Shown here piece after piece: positions 49,430 to 61,300 of a stretch of DNA of 64,000 nucleotides. Both the position numbers and the translations under genes were made by a program. The stretch is from Gammaproteobacteria bacterium (lineage in GTDB: Bacteria; Pseudomonadota; Gammaproteobacteria; Eutrophobiales; Eutrophobiaceae), in contig OZ244905.1 in NCBI GenBank assembly GCA_965221695.1, positions 544,001 to 608,000 of the forward strand, in the 5' to 3' direction. The notes beneath the pieces are model-generated. The model saw nothing but the letters and a program-made list of their open reading frames with translations, searched no databases and was not told where the DNA came from. Numbering within the stretch: position 1 is the stretch's first letter; every line of letters begins with the position of its first letter.

Positions 49430-50461
49430 TCATGCCTGTGCATAGTAACAGGTCCCGTTATGTAATTTCTTCTCCAGCCTGCCCCGGTTGTGTAGGTACT
49501 CAAGGTGCGCCAGGGTCTCACCGAAGGCCAGGACGCGGTTGAAATCGTCCAGTGGTCTGGGAAACAGTTTCGGGGACAGTTCCCAGGCATGGCCACGGGA
49601 CTCGCATAGCGCGTGAGTCTGCGCCAGTTGCTTGTTATGGGATTGGTGGATGGCGGCGGTGCGCCGGTGCAACCCTTTGAAAACCTTGCCGTGGGAAGGT
49701 AACACCAGTGTAACCTCCGGTAATTCCTCGAAGCGGGCCATGGAGCCCAGGTATTGTGCCAGCGGGTCTTCTTCCTGGTTATTGATGTGGCAGGCAACAT
49801 TGCTGGTGATCGTCGGCAATACCTGGTCGCCGGATATCAACAGCTCCAGTTCCAGACAGAACAGCGCCATGTGCTCTTCCGCGTGGCCGTTTACCACCAA
49901 CGGTTGCCAGGCATGGTCTCCAATGGGGATAGGCCGGTCGTGATCAACAATGGTAACCGTATCCGGCAGGCTGCTCACCGCCGTCCGATAGCGCTGGCCG
50001 GTAATGAACTCCAGGTACTGCTCTTGCGACCCGATGCCGTGTAAAAGACAGAAGGCCATCACGGCCTTGCGCCAGTCATCCTTGACGGTGTCCAGCAGGA
50101 ACCGGGTCCTTTGCGCGGTCATCCGGGTCATGACCAGTTCCGCGCCGAATCGTTCTCCCAGGTAGCCTGCCAGTCCAACGTGATCCGGATGAAAATGGGT
50201 AATAATTATCCGGTTTACGGGCTTGTCCCGCACCAGTTCGGCCACGATCCTGTCCCATGCCTCGTGCGCGGCGTTCCAGTCAAGACCCGTATCCACCAGG
50301 GTCCAGCTATCACCGGCATCCAGTAACCATAGGTTGATATGATCCAGCCCGCTCGGCAGTGGTATGCGCAACCAGAATATGCCGGGCCGTATTTCCATGA
50401 AGCCCCCTGGTTTGGGTGCAGTCTTAAAGGGGTAATGAAGTGAAAAGTCGCTTCCGCTCAT
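49430..50461 (-). CDS. MBL-fold metallo-hydrolase
   Basis: LDHINLWLL, LVDTG, THFHPDHVG, GHAEEH, SGDQVLP, LPSHG. Confidence 0.9.
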   Translation of the reverse strand: MSGSDFSLHYPFKTAPKPGGFMEIRPGIFWLRIPLPSGLDHINLWLLDAGDSWTLVDTGLDWNAAHEAWDRIVAELVRDKPVNRIIITHFHPDHVGLAGYLGERFGAELVMTRMTAQRTRFLLDTVKDDWRKAVMAFCLLHGIGSQEQYLEFITGQRYRTAVSSLPDTVTIVDHDRPIPIGDHAWQPLVVNGHAEEHMALFCLELELLISGDQVLPTITSNVACHINNQEEDPLAQYLGSMARFEELPEVTLVLPSHGKVFKGLHRRTAAIHQSHNKQLAQTHALCESRGHAWELSPKLFPRPLDDFNRVLAFGETLAHLEYLHNRGRLEKKLHNGTCYYAQA

Positions 50462-50536
50462 GGAAAAAATAAGGACAGTATACCACCCACGCTGTTGAGA
50501 AGCCAGCGGAATCCAGTTCCGTGCCCCCGGACTGTG

Positions 50537-51295
50537 TTAGAATTCCATTTCAATCTGCCAGTGGGGAGTATGCGCCGCGCTACCTTCGGTCAGGCCGATT
50601 AACCATATCAGGTTTACTTCAATGGTAACATCTCCGATCTTGACGTCGCGGTAAAATGCCGGTCCAAGTCGGTGGTCCTGCGCCGATAACGCCGGCAGGT
50701 ACTTGATTTCGCCCGGTGCGCCAAAGGCCTCGAAACCGATTGCCGTATCGTCATCAAGGCTGTATTTTGTGCGCCAGATATATTCCAGTTCTGTGCTCTC
50801 GTCCGCAGCGCTACCGAACTGCTGCTCGAAATTCACGTTCAGGATATGTTCAAAAGCGCCGGACACGCGCCGGAACAGGAAACGCCCCTCCAGGTTATGG
50901 GGTTCGTCACCCTCATCGTTCGCCTCGATTTCCACATGAAAACCGAAATCCAGCCAATACCTGCCCTCCTCGGTCAACTGCAAGGTATTCTCCCAGCCCA
51001 GGATGTCGTATTTGACGCCTTTCCCCGCAGGTTCGATTACACTGGCGGTGATGGAGGTGGCCCAATAGTCAGTGACGCCGTATTCAAGTTCGAACTCCTG
51101 GTGCTTGAAGCCTTGGTACTCGTCGTCATCATCGATCACCACGTTGCCGATGATCTCGAATTGCAGGTCTCCCTTCTCCACGATTGGCGAGTAAACCTTC
51201 ATATCCGTCAGGTCGGCCCTGACATCGGCGGCTGTCGTAACAGCAATGATCAAAGCCAGAAAAACGGCAAAATTCCTTGTAATAAATTGCATCAT
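50537..51295 (-). CDS. Hypothetical acidic outer-membrane beta-barrel protein
   Basis: Signal peptide ending VRA-D, alternating aromatic strands, C-terminal WQIEMEF beta-signal. Confidence 0.72.
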   Translation of the reverse strand: MMQFITRNFAVFLALIIAVTTAADVRADLTDMKVYSPIVEKGDLQFEIIGNVVIDDDDEYQGFKHQEFELEYGVTDYWATSITASVIEPAGKGVKYDILGWENTLQLTEEGRYWLDFGFHVEIEANDEGDEPHNLEGRFLFRRVSGAFEHILNVNFEQQFGSAADESTELEYIWRTKYSLDDDTAIGFEAFGAPGEIKYLPALSAQDHRLGPAFYRDVKIGDVTIEVNLIWLIGLTEGSAAHTPHWQIEMEF

Positions 51296-51328
51296 AGTGT
51301 GTCCGGGTGAAAAGTTCACGCATGATAA

Positions 51329-51343
51329 CGGGAAAATTTCCTG
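51329..51343. promoter_or_regulatory. Palindromic candidate regulator box
   Basis: CGGGAAAATTTCCTG upstream of the barrel gene. Confidence 0.4.
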
Positions 51344-51408
51344 AAAGACAGTAAAGAAATGCTATTTTGAGGCAAACAGCAGCTTGGAGCAGCGTGCAGG
51401 TTGGCCGA

Positions 51409-52251
51409 CTAGCCGAACCTTGTCGAAAACCTGAATACCTGCGCGTCGCACACATCAATGCAGCGACCGCAGTTGGTACAATCGCCGTGCAGGACCACCG
51501 AGGTGTCGGTATCCCGGTCGGGTTTCAGGGCCGGGATGATCACGTGAGGCTCCGGGCATACCCGAAAACAGTCACCGCAGTCGGTACAGGCCGCGCGTGC
51601 TGCGGCATTCATGCGCACCATTGAGCGTTTACCGAGCAGACCGTAGAACGCGCCCACCGGACACAGGTGGCTGCACCAGCCCCGGCGCGTAACCACCAGG
51701 TCGAACAGGAATACAGCCAACACAATAAGCCAGGCCAGTCCGATACCGAATACCAGTCCGCGCTGGAGCATGGTGATCGGGTTCAGCGCTTCCCAGGCAA
51801 TGGCGCCGGTGATGGCCGATACCGCCAGCGCCACGACCATGATCCAGAGTCGGGTCGATTTTTTCAGCGCCCAGCTCAGGTTCAGCTTTAACCTGTTGCG
51901 CAGCCAGTTGGCGGCATCGGTGACGATATTGATAGGGCATACCCAGGAGCAATATACCCGTCCGCCGACCAGAAAATAAAAAATAAAGATGATGCCGGCG
52001 CCGGTGATCGCGAGCTGTCCCGGAACATGTCCTGTAGCCAGGGATTGCAGCAGGATGAACGGGTCGGTCAGGCTAACCCTGTCCAGCACGATACTGGAGG
52101 CCAGGTTGCCCTTCAGCCACCAGATGCCGAACCAGGGACCAAGCAGGAACAGCAGCAGGATGGCAAACTGGCTGGTCCGGCGCAGTAACAGCCACTTGTT
52201 CCTTTGCCACAGGCTGCGACCGGTAGCCGGCGACGCCGCGCTAGCCAGCAT
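51409..52251 (-). CDS. napH: Quinol dehydrogenase membrane subunit NapH (NapH/MauN family)
   Basis: RRTSQ, LTDPF, GGRVYCSWVCP, RGWCSHLCPVG, two CxxCxxCxxxC motifs. Confidence 0.88.
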   Translation of the reverse strand: MLASAASPATGRSLWQRNKWLLLRRTSQFAILLLFLLGPWFGIWWLKGNLASSIVLDRVSLTDPFILLQSLATGHVPGQLAITGAGIIFIFYFLVGGRVYCSWVCPINIVTDAANWLRNRLKLNLSWALKKSTRLWIMVVALAVSAITGAIAWEALNPITMLQRGLVFGIGLAWLIVLAVFLFDLVVTRRGWCSHLCPVGAFYGLLGKRSMVRMNAAARAACTDCGDCFRVCPEPHVIIPALKPDRDTDTSVVLHGDCTNCGRCIDVCDAQVFRFSTRFG

Positions 52252-52278
52252 AAACCGTTAAAACAACAGGCAGGCAAT

Positions 52279-52932
52279 TCATGCAATCCTGCCGGCATCA
52301 TGTTTGGCGAGATGTCTGGGCAGCACCTTGATGGAGGCTTCTTCGGTCACGCAGCCCTGCTCGCACTTGCCGCAACCGGTGCAGTGTTCTGCATGCACCG
52401 TAGGCTCGAAATAAATTCGCTTGCCCGCCTGCTTCTGCTCCATGGTAATGGCTTCGTCCCGGATCGGGCAGGCAACGTAACAGGCGCGGCAGTGGGCGAT
52501 GCCGGTGACGCTGTAACAGGTATCCGGACCGGTCAATACCGCGACACCCATATCGGCGTTGCGAATATCGGTAAGTTCCTTGCTTAACGCGTCCGTCGGG
52601 CAGGCTGCAACGCAGGGGATGTCTTCACACATCTCACAGGGGATATCACGGGCGATGAAATAAGGCGTCCCCGTAGCTACCTCGGAGCCAAACTCAGCCA
52701 GCTTCAGGGTGTCGTAGGGGCAATCCCGCACACACAGGCCACAGCGCACGCAGGCGCCGCTGAAGTCCTCCTCCGCTATTGCCCCGGGCGGGCGGATGGC
52801 GCGCGCCGGTGTGGAGGCGGACCGCCGCGCATATGACCCGAGCAACAGTCCGAGGATGCTCATCGAACCCACCGTATGAGCGCATTGGCCGATGAACTGG
52901 CGCCGGTCAAGCCTGTTGTTTTTTCCGCTCAT
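52279..52932 (-). CDS. napG: Ferredoxin-type protein NapG (NapG/MauM family)
   Basis: Tat-like RRQF, IRPPGA, CVRCGLCVRDCP, CEMCEDIPCVAACP, CTGCGKCEQGC. Confidence 0.88.
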   Translation of the reverse strand: MSGKNNRLDRRQFIGQCAHTVGSMSILGLLLGSYARRSASTPARAIRPPGAIAEEDFSGACVRCGLCVRDCPYDTLKLAEFGSEVATGTPYFIARDIPCEMCEDIPCVAACPTDALSKELTDIRNADMGVAVLTGPDTCYSVTGIAHCRACYVACPIRDEAITMEQKQAGKRIYFEPTVHAEHCTGCGKCEQGCVTEEASIKVLPRHLAKHDAGRIA

Positions 52933-52980
52933 AGTATTAATTGCTTGATTGTACTATAATGCCGCCCGTGCAGTATATAT

Positions 52981-53072
52981 GCTTTACCTGAGGAGCGTTG
53001 CGACGGGCTGTGCCTGCCAGGCTTGGGTAGAAGCCCGCAAATGTGGATTTTGCACATACCAACGGCGCTCAC
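52981..53072 (+). ncRNA. SAH riboswitch
   Basis: CCTGAGGAGCGTTGCGAC...GCCAGGCTTGGG...CAACGGCGCTCAC matches the SAH aptamer consensus with pseudoknot GAGCG/CGCTC; upstream of metH. Confidence 0.88.
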
Positions 53073-53153
53073 TTATGTTGAATTACAAGATAAGTGAGGC
53101 AGTCGGGACCCATCTCTTCCCTGCCTTTACACGACGTATAACGACGTATTGCA

Positions 53154-56100
53154 GTGGACAACACCGAACAACAACTACGCAGCCTGTTGCAGGAACGTAT
53201 CCTGCTGCTCGACGGGGCCATGGGCACGATGATCCAGTCCTATGGCCTGCAAGAGGCTGATTACCGTGGCGACCGTTTCGCCGATCATGGTTGCGACCTG
53301 AAAGGCAACAACGACCTGTTGACGCTTACCCAACCCGGAATCATCCGCGACATACACGGTGCGTTCCTTGACGCTGGCGCGGACATTCTTTGCACCAACT
53401 CCTTCAATTCCACGGCCGTCGCGATGGCCGATTACCAACTGCAGGATCATGTCCATGAGCTGAACCGGGCCAGCGCCGTCCTGGCGCGGGAAGTCGCCGA
53501 TGAGAAATCCACGCCGGAGAAACCCCGCTTCGTCGCCGGTGTGCTGGGGCCCACCAATCGCACCGCTTCCATCTCGCCGGACGTCAACCGTCCGGGTTTT
53601 CGGAATATCCATTTTATGGAACTCGCGGATGCTTACGCCACGGCCGCAAGAGGGCTGGTGGAAGGCGGCGCGCAGATACTGCTACTGGAGACCATCTTCG
53701 ACACGCTCAACGCCAAGGCCGCCATCTATGCTATCGAGACCATGTTTGAAAAATACGGCAAGCGGTTGCCGCTGATCATCTCCGGCACGATTACCGACGC
53801 CTCCGGCCGCACCCTCACCGGCCAGACCTGCGCGGCTTTCTGGCACTCCGTGCGCCATGCCAATCCATTTGCGATCGGATTGAATTGTGCTATGGGAGCC
53901 AAAGACTTACGACAATATATTGAAGAGCTTTCTAATATAGCGGACACCTATACCAGCATCCACCCCAACGCCGGACTACCGAATGAGTTCGGCGAATATG
54001 ACGAGACTCCCGAATACATGGCCGGGGTGCTGGAGGAGTTTGCCGTCAGCGGCTTCATCAATATCGTCGGCGGCTGTTGCGGCACTACGCCCGACCATAT
54101 TCGCCGCATCCATGAACTGGTATGCAGCCGGCCGCCCCGTACCGTTCCCGTGATCCCGCCCAAATGCCGCCTCAGTGGCCTTGAAGCGCTCACAGTGACC
54201 CCGGCAGCCAACTTTATCAACATCGGCGAGCGCACCAATGTGGCCGGTTCACCCCGGTTCCTGAAACTTATCAAGGAAGACAAACTTGATGAGGCCCTGG
54301 ACATCGCGCGCCAACAGGTGGAAAACGGGGCCCAGCTTATCGACATCTGCATGGACGAGGGGCTGCTCGATTCCGAACGCCTGATGCAGGAGTTCCTGAT
54401 GCTTGTCGCCGGCGAACCGGACATTTGCCGGGTCCCTATCATGATCGATTCATCACGCTGGTCAGTCATCGAAACCGGCCTGCGTTGCGTGCAAGGCAAG
54501 GGCGTGGTGAATTCGATAAGCCTGAAGGAGGGCGAGGATATTTTCAGGGAGCAGGCGCGTCTGGTCAGGCGCTACGGCGCCGCAGTCGTGGTCATGTGTT
54601 TTGACGAGCAGGGCCAGGCCGATACCACCGAGCGGCGCTTGGAGGTTGCCCGGCGCTCGTACCGCATCCTGACGCAGGAAGTCGGCTTCCCGCCGGAAGA
54701 TATCATTATCGACCCCAATATCCTCACAGTTGCCACCGGCATGGAGGAACACAACAATTACGCGGTGTCTTTTTTTGAATCCGCGCGCTTGATCAAGGAG
54801 AACCTGCCCTATGCGCTTGTCGGTGGCGGCCTGAGTAACGTGTCATTCTCGTTCCGCGGCAACAATGTCGTACGCGAGGCCATGCATAGCGCGTTCCTGT
54901 ACCACGCGGTGCAATCCGGCATGGACATGGCTATCGTCAATGCCGGGCAACTGGGCATATACGATGAGATCGCGCCCGACCTGCTGGAGCGGGTGGAGGA
55001 TGTCTTACTCAATAGGCGTGCGGACGCGACCGACCGCCTGGTGGAGTTCTCCGATAGCGTCAAGGATACGGCCACCGCCAAGACAAAAGAGAATATCCAT
55101 GACTGGCGCCGGGGAACCGTGGATGAGCGTCTAAGTTACGCCCTAGTGAAAGGTATAGACACATGGATCGAGGCCGATACCGAGGAGGCCCGGCAACAAT
55201 ATGAACGCCCGTTGCAGGTCATCGAAGGGCCGCTAATGGACGGCATGAACATCGTCGGCGACCTGTTCGGCGCCGGCAGGATGTTCCTGCCGCAGGTGGT
55301 AAAGAGCGCGCGGGTGATGAAGAAGGCGGTTGCTTACTTAGTGCCGTTCATCGAAGAAGAGAAACAGGGACAGACCGATGCCCGCAGCCGGGGCCGGATC
55401 GTGATGGCGACCGTGAAGGGTGATGTTCACGATATCGGCAAGAACATCGTCGGCGTGGTCCTGCAATGCAATAATTTTGAAGTCATCGACCTCGGTGTGA
55501 TGGTCCCGGCGGAAACCATTCTCAAAACGGCCCGGGAAAACGGCGCGGACCTCATCGGCCTGAGTGGCCTCATCACCCCATCGCTGGATGAAATGGCGCA
55601 TGTGGCAACCGAGATGCAACGGCTCCAATTCAATGTTCCCCTGCTCATTGGCGGCGCCACCACCTCGCGCACCCATACCGCGGTTAAGATCGACCCGCAT
55701 TACGTACCGCCAGTGGTGCATGTCAAAGACGCTTCCCGCGCCGTGGTCGTGGCCCAGGGACTGCTCAGTCCGAACCTGAAGGCAGGTCTGTGCCGGGAAG
55801 TCGAAAAAGAGTATGAGGTATTACGCGAACGGCACAAGGGCCGGCAGGCAGGGATCAACTGGCAGTCACTGGCGGGGGCCAGGGAGAACCGCCATGCGCC
55901 GAACTGGCAAAACTACGAACCGCCGGAACCGGCGCTCGCCGGAGTTCTGACATTCGATGACTACCCCCTGGCCGAATTGCGCCCATACATCGACTGGACC
56001 CCGTTCTTTGTCACCTGGGAACTCGCAGGACGATTCCCGCGTATCCTTGATGACCCGATAGTCGGCGCTGAGGCGCGTAAACTCCATGCCGACGCTTGCG

Positions 56101-56849
56101 CGATGCTGGACGCGATCATAACGGAACACTGGTTCGGCGCCCGCGCCGTGCTCGGCCTGTTCCCGGCCAATTCCATCGGTCACGACGATATCGAGGTTTA
56201 TGCGGACCAGGACCGGAACGGGCTGCTGGCCGTGCTCCACAGCCTGCGGCAACAGACACAGAAACCGCCGGGGCAGCCGAACCTGGCGCTGGCGGATTTC
56301 ATTGCGCCGAAACAGACCGGCATACGGGACTACATCGGCGCCTTCGCAGTCGCCACGGGGTTTGGGATGGAGCAGAAATTGCGCGAGTTTGAACAAGACC
56401 ACGACGATTACCGGGCGATCATGTTGAAAGCGCTGGCCGACCGTCTCGCGGAAGCCCTGGCTGAGCGCCTGCACCAGCGTGTGCGCAAGGAGTTCTGGGG
56501 CTACGCAGCATACGAGGGCCTGGATAATGACGCGCTGATCGCCGAGAAATACCAGGGCATCCGCCCTGCCCCCGGCTACCCGGCCTGTCCTGACCATACG
56601 GAAAAACCGATCATCTGGAAGCTGCTTGATGTCGAAGCAAACACCGGCATCCGCTTGACGGAAAATTATGCGATGCATCCTGCCGCCGCCGTCAGCGGCC
56701 TGTATTTTTCCCATCCCGACGCCCGCTACTTTGGTCTTGGCAAGATCAACCGCGACCAGGTTACTGACTACGCTGTCAGAAAAGGCATGGAACTGCGCCA
56801 GGTGGAACGCTGGCTCAGCCCCAGCCTGGGCTACGACCCGGAAGGTTAA
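53154..56849 (+). CDS. metH: Cobalamin-dependent methionine synthase
   Basis: LDGAMGT, GGCCGT, IGERTN, DVHDIGK B12 motif, [10 protein letters not shown]. Confidence 0.98.
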   Translation: MDNTEQQLRSLLQERILLLDGAMGTMIQSYGLQEADYRGDRFADHGCDLKGNNDLLTLTQPGIIRDIHGAFLDAGADILCTNSFNSTAVAMADYQLQDHVHELNRASAVLAREVADEKSTPEKPRFVAGVLGPTNRTASISPDVNRPGFRNIHFMELADAYATAARGLVEGGAQILLLETIFDTLNAKAAIYAIETMFEKYGKRLPLIISGTITDASGRTLTGQTCAAFWHSVRHANPFAIGLNCAMGAKDLRQYIEELSNIADTYTSIHPNAGLPNEFGEYDETPEYMAGVLEEFAVSGFINIVGGCCGTTPDHIRRIHELVCSRPPRTVPVIPPKCRLSGLEALTVTPAANFINIGERTNVAGSPRFLKLIKEDKLDEALDIARQQVENGAQLIDICMDEGLLDSERLMQEFLMLVAGEPDICRVPIMIDSSRWSVIETGLRCVQGKGVVNSISLKEGEDIFREQARLVRRYGAAVVVMCFDEQGQADTTERRLEVARRSYRILTQEVGFPPEDIIIDPNILTVATGMEEHNNYAVSFFESARLIKENLPYALVGGGLSNVSFSFRGNNVVREAMHSAFLYHAVQSGMDMAIVNAGQLGIYDEIAPDLLERVEDVLLNRRADATDRLVEFSDSVKDTATAKTKENIHDWRRGTVDERLSYALVKGIDTWIEADTEEARQQYERPLQVIEGPLMDGMNIVGDLFGAGRMFLPQVVKSARVMKKAVAYLVPFIEEEKQGQTDARSRGRIVMATVKGDVHDIGKNIVGVVLQCNNFEVIDLGVMVPAETILKTARENGADLIGLSGLITPSLDEMAHVATEMQRLQFNVPLLIGGATTSRTHTAVKIDPHYVPPVVHVKDASRAVVVAQGLLSPNLKAGLCREVEKEYEVLRERHKGRQAGINWQSLAGARENRHAPNWQNYEPPEPALAGVLTFDDYPLAELRPYIDWTPFFVTWELAGRFPRILDDPIVGAEARKLHADACAMLDAIITEHWFGARAVLGLFPANSIGHDDIEVYADQDRNGLLAVLHSLRQQTQKPPGQPNLALADFIAPKQTGIRDYIGAFAVATGFGMEQKLREFEQDHDDYRAIMLKALADRLAEALAERLHQRVRKEFWGYAAYEGLDNDALIAEKYQGIRPAPGYPACPDHTEKPIIWKLLDVEANTGIRLTENYAMHPAAAVSGLYFSHPDARYFGLGKINRDQVTDYAVRKGMELRQVERWLSPSLGYDPEG

Positions 56850-56952
56850 TCCGGAACGCCCTTGCAATATTCAGGGCATCCAAAATTTCATTTCCTTCTC
56901 CATGCTGATATAGTATGCGGTAGAATAATTTCGGCAGGGAGACACACAAACC

Positions 56953-57849
56953 ATGTACCCAGCACCATTCCGTTACCATCGCCCGGCAACACTGGGCAGC
57001 GCGCTGGCGCTGCTCGCGGAACTGGGTGACAGCGCCAGGCCATTGGCCGGAGGCCAATCGCTGATACCCATCCTGAAAATGCGCATGGATGAACCTTCTG
57101 ACCTGGTGGATATCGGGCGCTTGCCGGAGTTGACCCACATCCGCAAGGAAAAAAACCACTATCGCATCGGCGCCTTGGCCACCCATGCCCGCATCGCCGC
57201 GAGCGCCGCCGCCGACAACATCCCCGTTATCCGCGACTGTGCCGGCAATATCGCAGACCCCCAGGTAAGGGCCTTGGGCACCATCGGCGGCTCGGTTTGC
57301 ATCGCCGATCCGAGCAGCGACTGGCCGGCGCTACTGAACCTGTTAGATGCGGAAATCGTCTGCCAGGACCTGGAGGCAAGCCGCAAGATCGGCATCAGGG
57401 ACTTCATTACCGATTCCTATACCAACTGCCTCGCCGACGGCGAACTGGTCACGGAAATTCAGATCCCGATCCCGCCGGCGAACAGCGGCGGCGCCTACCT
57501 CGGTTTCAAGAAGGCAGCGCCGGCCTACCCCGCCGCCTCGGCGGGGATTCAGTTGACCCTGACCGCCGGCAACATCTGTCATGATATCCGCATGGCGCTG
57601 GGTGCGGCAGGACCGGTACCGGTGACTTCTACAGAAATCGAACGATCACTCATCGGCCAACCGTTAACGGACACCAAGCTACAAGAGGCCGCGGCGGCGC
57701 TGGTGGAACTGTCTGAACCACCCAGCGATACCCGCGGTTCCGCTGACTTCAAACGTACAATGCTACGCTCGTTATTTATGCGCGCCGCACAGACTGCGAT
57801 GCAGCGCGCCAAGGGTGAAACCGCCATGGGGAGCCACGACTATGTCTGA
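56953..57849 (+). CDS. Molybdenum hydroxylase FAD-binding (medium) subunit, CoxM/CutM family
   Basis: [30 protein letters not shown]. Confidence 0.9.
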   Translation: MYPAPFRYHRPATLGSALALLAELGDSARPLAGGQSLIPILKMRMDEPSDLVDIGRLPELTHIRKEKNHYRIGALATHARIAASAAADNIPVIRDCAGNIADPQVRALGTIGGSVCIADPSSDWPALLNLLDAEIVCQDLEASRKIGIRDFITDSYTNCLADGELVTEIQIPIPPANSGGAYLGFKKAAPAYPAASAGIQLTLTAGNICHDIRMALGAAGPVPVTSTEIERSLIGQPLTDTKLQEAAAALVELSEPPSDTRGSADFKRTMLRSLFMRAAQTAMQRAKGETAMGSHDYV

Positions 57850-58330
57850 ACCAGTACAAACCGTATCCATCAACGTTACCGTGAACGGCAAGGCTTGCCG
57901 GCGGGATGTCGAACCCCGTCAATTACTGGTGGAATTCATCCGCGAAGAACTGCGCCTGACCGGTACGCATATCGGTTGCGACACCAGCTACTGCGGCGCC
58001 TGTACCCTGCTGTTGGACGGCGCCGCCGTCAAGTCCTGCACCTTATTCGCAGTTCAGGCCGACGGCGCGGAGATTACCACCGTAGAGGCCCTGGAAAAAA
58101 ACGGGCAGATACACCCGCTGCAGCAGGCATTCTCCGAACAGCACGGTCTGCAATGCGGCTATTGCACGCCGGGCATGCTTATGTCGTCGCTGGCGCTGCT
58201 GGCTGAGAAGCCTGACCCGGAAACTGCTGACATCCGCAAGGCGCTGGCGGGCAACATCTGCCGCTGCACCGGCTACCAGAACATCATCAAATCCGTCCAG
58301 GCGGCAGCCAGAGTGTTACGGGAGGCATAA
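57842..58330 (+). CDS. Molybdenum hydroxylase 2Fe-2S (small) subunit, CoxS family
   Basis: [31 protein letters not shown]. Confidence 0.93.
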   Translation: MSEPVQTVSINVTVNGKACRRDVEPRQLLVEFIREELRLTGTHIGCDTSYCGACTLLLDGAAVKSCTLFAVQADGAEITTVEALEKNGQIHPLQQAFSEQHGLQCGYCTPGMLMSSLALLAEKPDPETADIRKALAGNICRCTGYQNIIKSVQAAARVLREA

Positions 58331-58333
58331 ACC

Positions 58334-61300
58334 ATGGAAATGAAATTCTCAGGCAAATTCAGTATTGACCGTTCCAAGCAGGATGTCTTCTCATTGCTGT
58401 CGGACCCAAAACAGTTTGCGCCATTGCTGCCCGGTTTCCACAGCATGGAAATGAAGGATGCCAACACGGCCGAGATTCGGGCAAGAGTGGGGATCGGCAA
58501 GATCGGTGGCATCGCCGCGACCGAACTCAGCCTGGCCGGGTCCGAACCACCGCGCCATGCCCGTTACACGGGCCGGGGCAAGCTGATGCAGGGCGTCTAC
58601 CGCCTGCACACCTCCTTTGACCTTGAAGACAGCGACGCCGGCGGCACCCTGATAAGCTGGCAAGGCAACGCCGAGGTTACCGGCAAGATCCTGTCGCTGG
58701 CGGGCGGCGGCATCCGCAGCTACGCGGAAAAACAGATCAACCAGCTTATTGCCAGCTTGGAGGCGGCGCTCTCTCCGGAAGGCGCGGCAACAGCGCCTGC
58801 AAAACCGGGAGGGTGGTTCAGCCGCGTGCTGCGCGGGCTGTCCGGCGTCAGCGACTCCGAAACAGCAGCCCGGGTTGAAGCCCAGGACGTCACCACATTG
58901 CCGAAAGAGAAGCAGGCAAGCCGTAAACGAGTGAACGCGCTGCTTGACGTGCCTCATGCGGACGCAAAACCTGCCCGGCGCGAAGACGAACGCCTGATAA
59001 AGGGCAAGGGATTGTTTGTCGATGATTTCAGCCCCGCCGGCCTGCTGCACATGAGCGTGGTGCGTTCTCCCTATGCCCATGCCCGCATCGTCAATATCGA
59101 TGTCTCCCGGGCGGAAGCGCTGCCCGGGGTTGCCTGCACCTTTACCGGCAAGGAGGTCATGGAGCTGACCGACCCGTTTATCCAGATCGGCGCCGGTACG
59201 ACCCAGGAAATTACCGACTATGCGCTGGCCACAGACAAGGTGATTTACCAGGGCGACCCGGTTGTCGCGGTGTTCGCCGAATCCGTTGCCATTGCCGAGG
59301 ACGCGGCACAACTGGTGGACGTGGAATACGAACCCTTGGAGGTGGTGCTTGACGCGGAGAATGCGCTGACGGATAAAACCGTTCTCCATGACGAAACCGG
59401 CACCAATACGATATTCTCAGGTGTCTACGAGTACGGTGATTTGGACCAGGCATTTGCCGAGGCAGCCCATGTCGTAAAGATAGACAAGCTGCATTTCCAT
59501 CGCTTCAGCAGCACCGCCCTGGAACCCAGCGCTTGCGTCGCCACCTGGGACCCGCGCGGCGAGATAGACCTGTTCTCGAATACTATCATGACCGTGCCAT
59601 TGGCGTTCCTGGCCCCGGCACTGCGCGTCAGAATGGACCAGATCCGCCTGCGCACCCATGATATCGGCGGCAGCTTCGGCAACAAGATCACCAACTATCC
59701 GTACCTGACGCTGGCCTGCCTGGCCTCCAGGAAGATGAACGGCGTGCCGGTAAAGTGGATAGAAACCCGCGCCGACAACCTGATCGCAGGCAGCGTGGGC
59801 AGCGAACGCACGTACCTGGATACGGAAGTCGCGCTGAACAGTGACGGTGTCATCACCGCACTGCGGTCGAAACATATTGATGATATCGGCGCATATCCCC
59901 GCTATGAGCCCCTGGGTTCCGTGATCTGGTCCCAGGTGCTGCCCGCCGCCTACAAGCTGCGCAACATCAGGATAGATTTCAACCAGGTTGTTACCAACAA
60001 AGGCCCTGCCGCGCCCAATCGCGGCTATTCGCGGCTGCCGCATCTCTGGTTCATGGAACGGGTCGTGGATATCTGCAGCCACGAACTGGGTATCCCTTCC
60101 GATGAGATGCGCCTGATGAACTATATCGAAAAGTTCCCGTACGAAACGCCCAACGGCTGCGTGTACGATTCCGGCGACTTTCCGGCGATGCTGGCGAAAG
60201 CCAAGGAACTGGTCGACTGGGATGGCTGGAAGAAGAAACAGGCGGACGCGCGTAAGGAGGGCAAACTGATCGGCATCGGCATCGGCACCACCCTGGATTC
60301 GGGCACGAACAACTGGGGCCAGGCCAGGTACGTCAATCCGCATGCACCGTTTTCCGGCAACTCCACCGCGGCCAGGGCGAAACTGGACCTGGACGGTACA
60401 GTGGTGGTCAGCCTGGGTACTTTCCCGCAGGGCCAGGGCCACGAGACCACTGCGGCGCAGGTAGTCGGCGATGTGCTGGGCATCCCCCCGGACCTGGTAC
60501 ACGTGAAGACCGGTTTCGATTCACTCTACGACAGTCATACCGGCCAATCGGGCACCTACGCCAGCCAATTCGCAGTGACCGGTTTGTCCGCGGCCCACGG
60601 CGCCGCGCTCAAGCTCAAGGCGGAAATGACAAAACTGGCTTGTTTCGGTCTGGAAGCAAAGGAAGAAGACCTCGAGTTCGGAGTCGGCGACATGGGGCCG
60701 CAGGTCAGCGTCAGGGGCACGGACCGGGCGCTCAACTACTGGATGCTGGCCAACTTCATCAATTCGAACAGCGCCAGTCTGCCAGATGAGTTGCGCGATC
60801 TGTCACTGAATGTCCGGCATGTCTACATGCCGCCGTTCAAGGTCCCGGATGTGGAGAAAAAAATCGGCAATCTTACCCTCACCTACGCGCTGCAACTGCA
60901 TATCTCAGTGGTTGAGGTAGATCCGGATACGTTCCTGACCAGGATACTGGACTACGCCATCGTCGACGACTGCGGCACGGTGATCAACCCGATGATCGTC
61001 GAAGGCCAGGTGCACGGTGGCGCGGCCCATGGCATTGGCGCCGTGTTGCTGGAGGACATTGCCTACGACGCGGAAGGCAATGCGATTGCCGGATCATTCA
61101 CCGATTATGCGCCGATCACCATCAGCAGCATGCCGGAACTCAAGTGCGCAAACCGGCAATCGCCCTCCCCGTTTACGTTCCATGGCGCCAAGGGCATGGG
61201 CGAAGGCGGTGGCGGACCACTGCTCTCCCTGAGCGCGGCGTTGCAGGATGCCCTGCACGGGAACGGCATCATTATCGAAAATTCGCATAACTCGCCCATG

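Noticed and set aside
49201-49800. 199-aa minus-strand ORF
   Set aside because: It overlaps the MBL hydrolase out of frame and has no recognisable features
55866-60502. Long antisense ORFs (333, 333-class and 361 aa); also 27072-28004 and 32672-33496
   Set aside because: Shadows of GC-rich coding genes with no motifs
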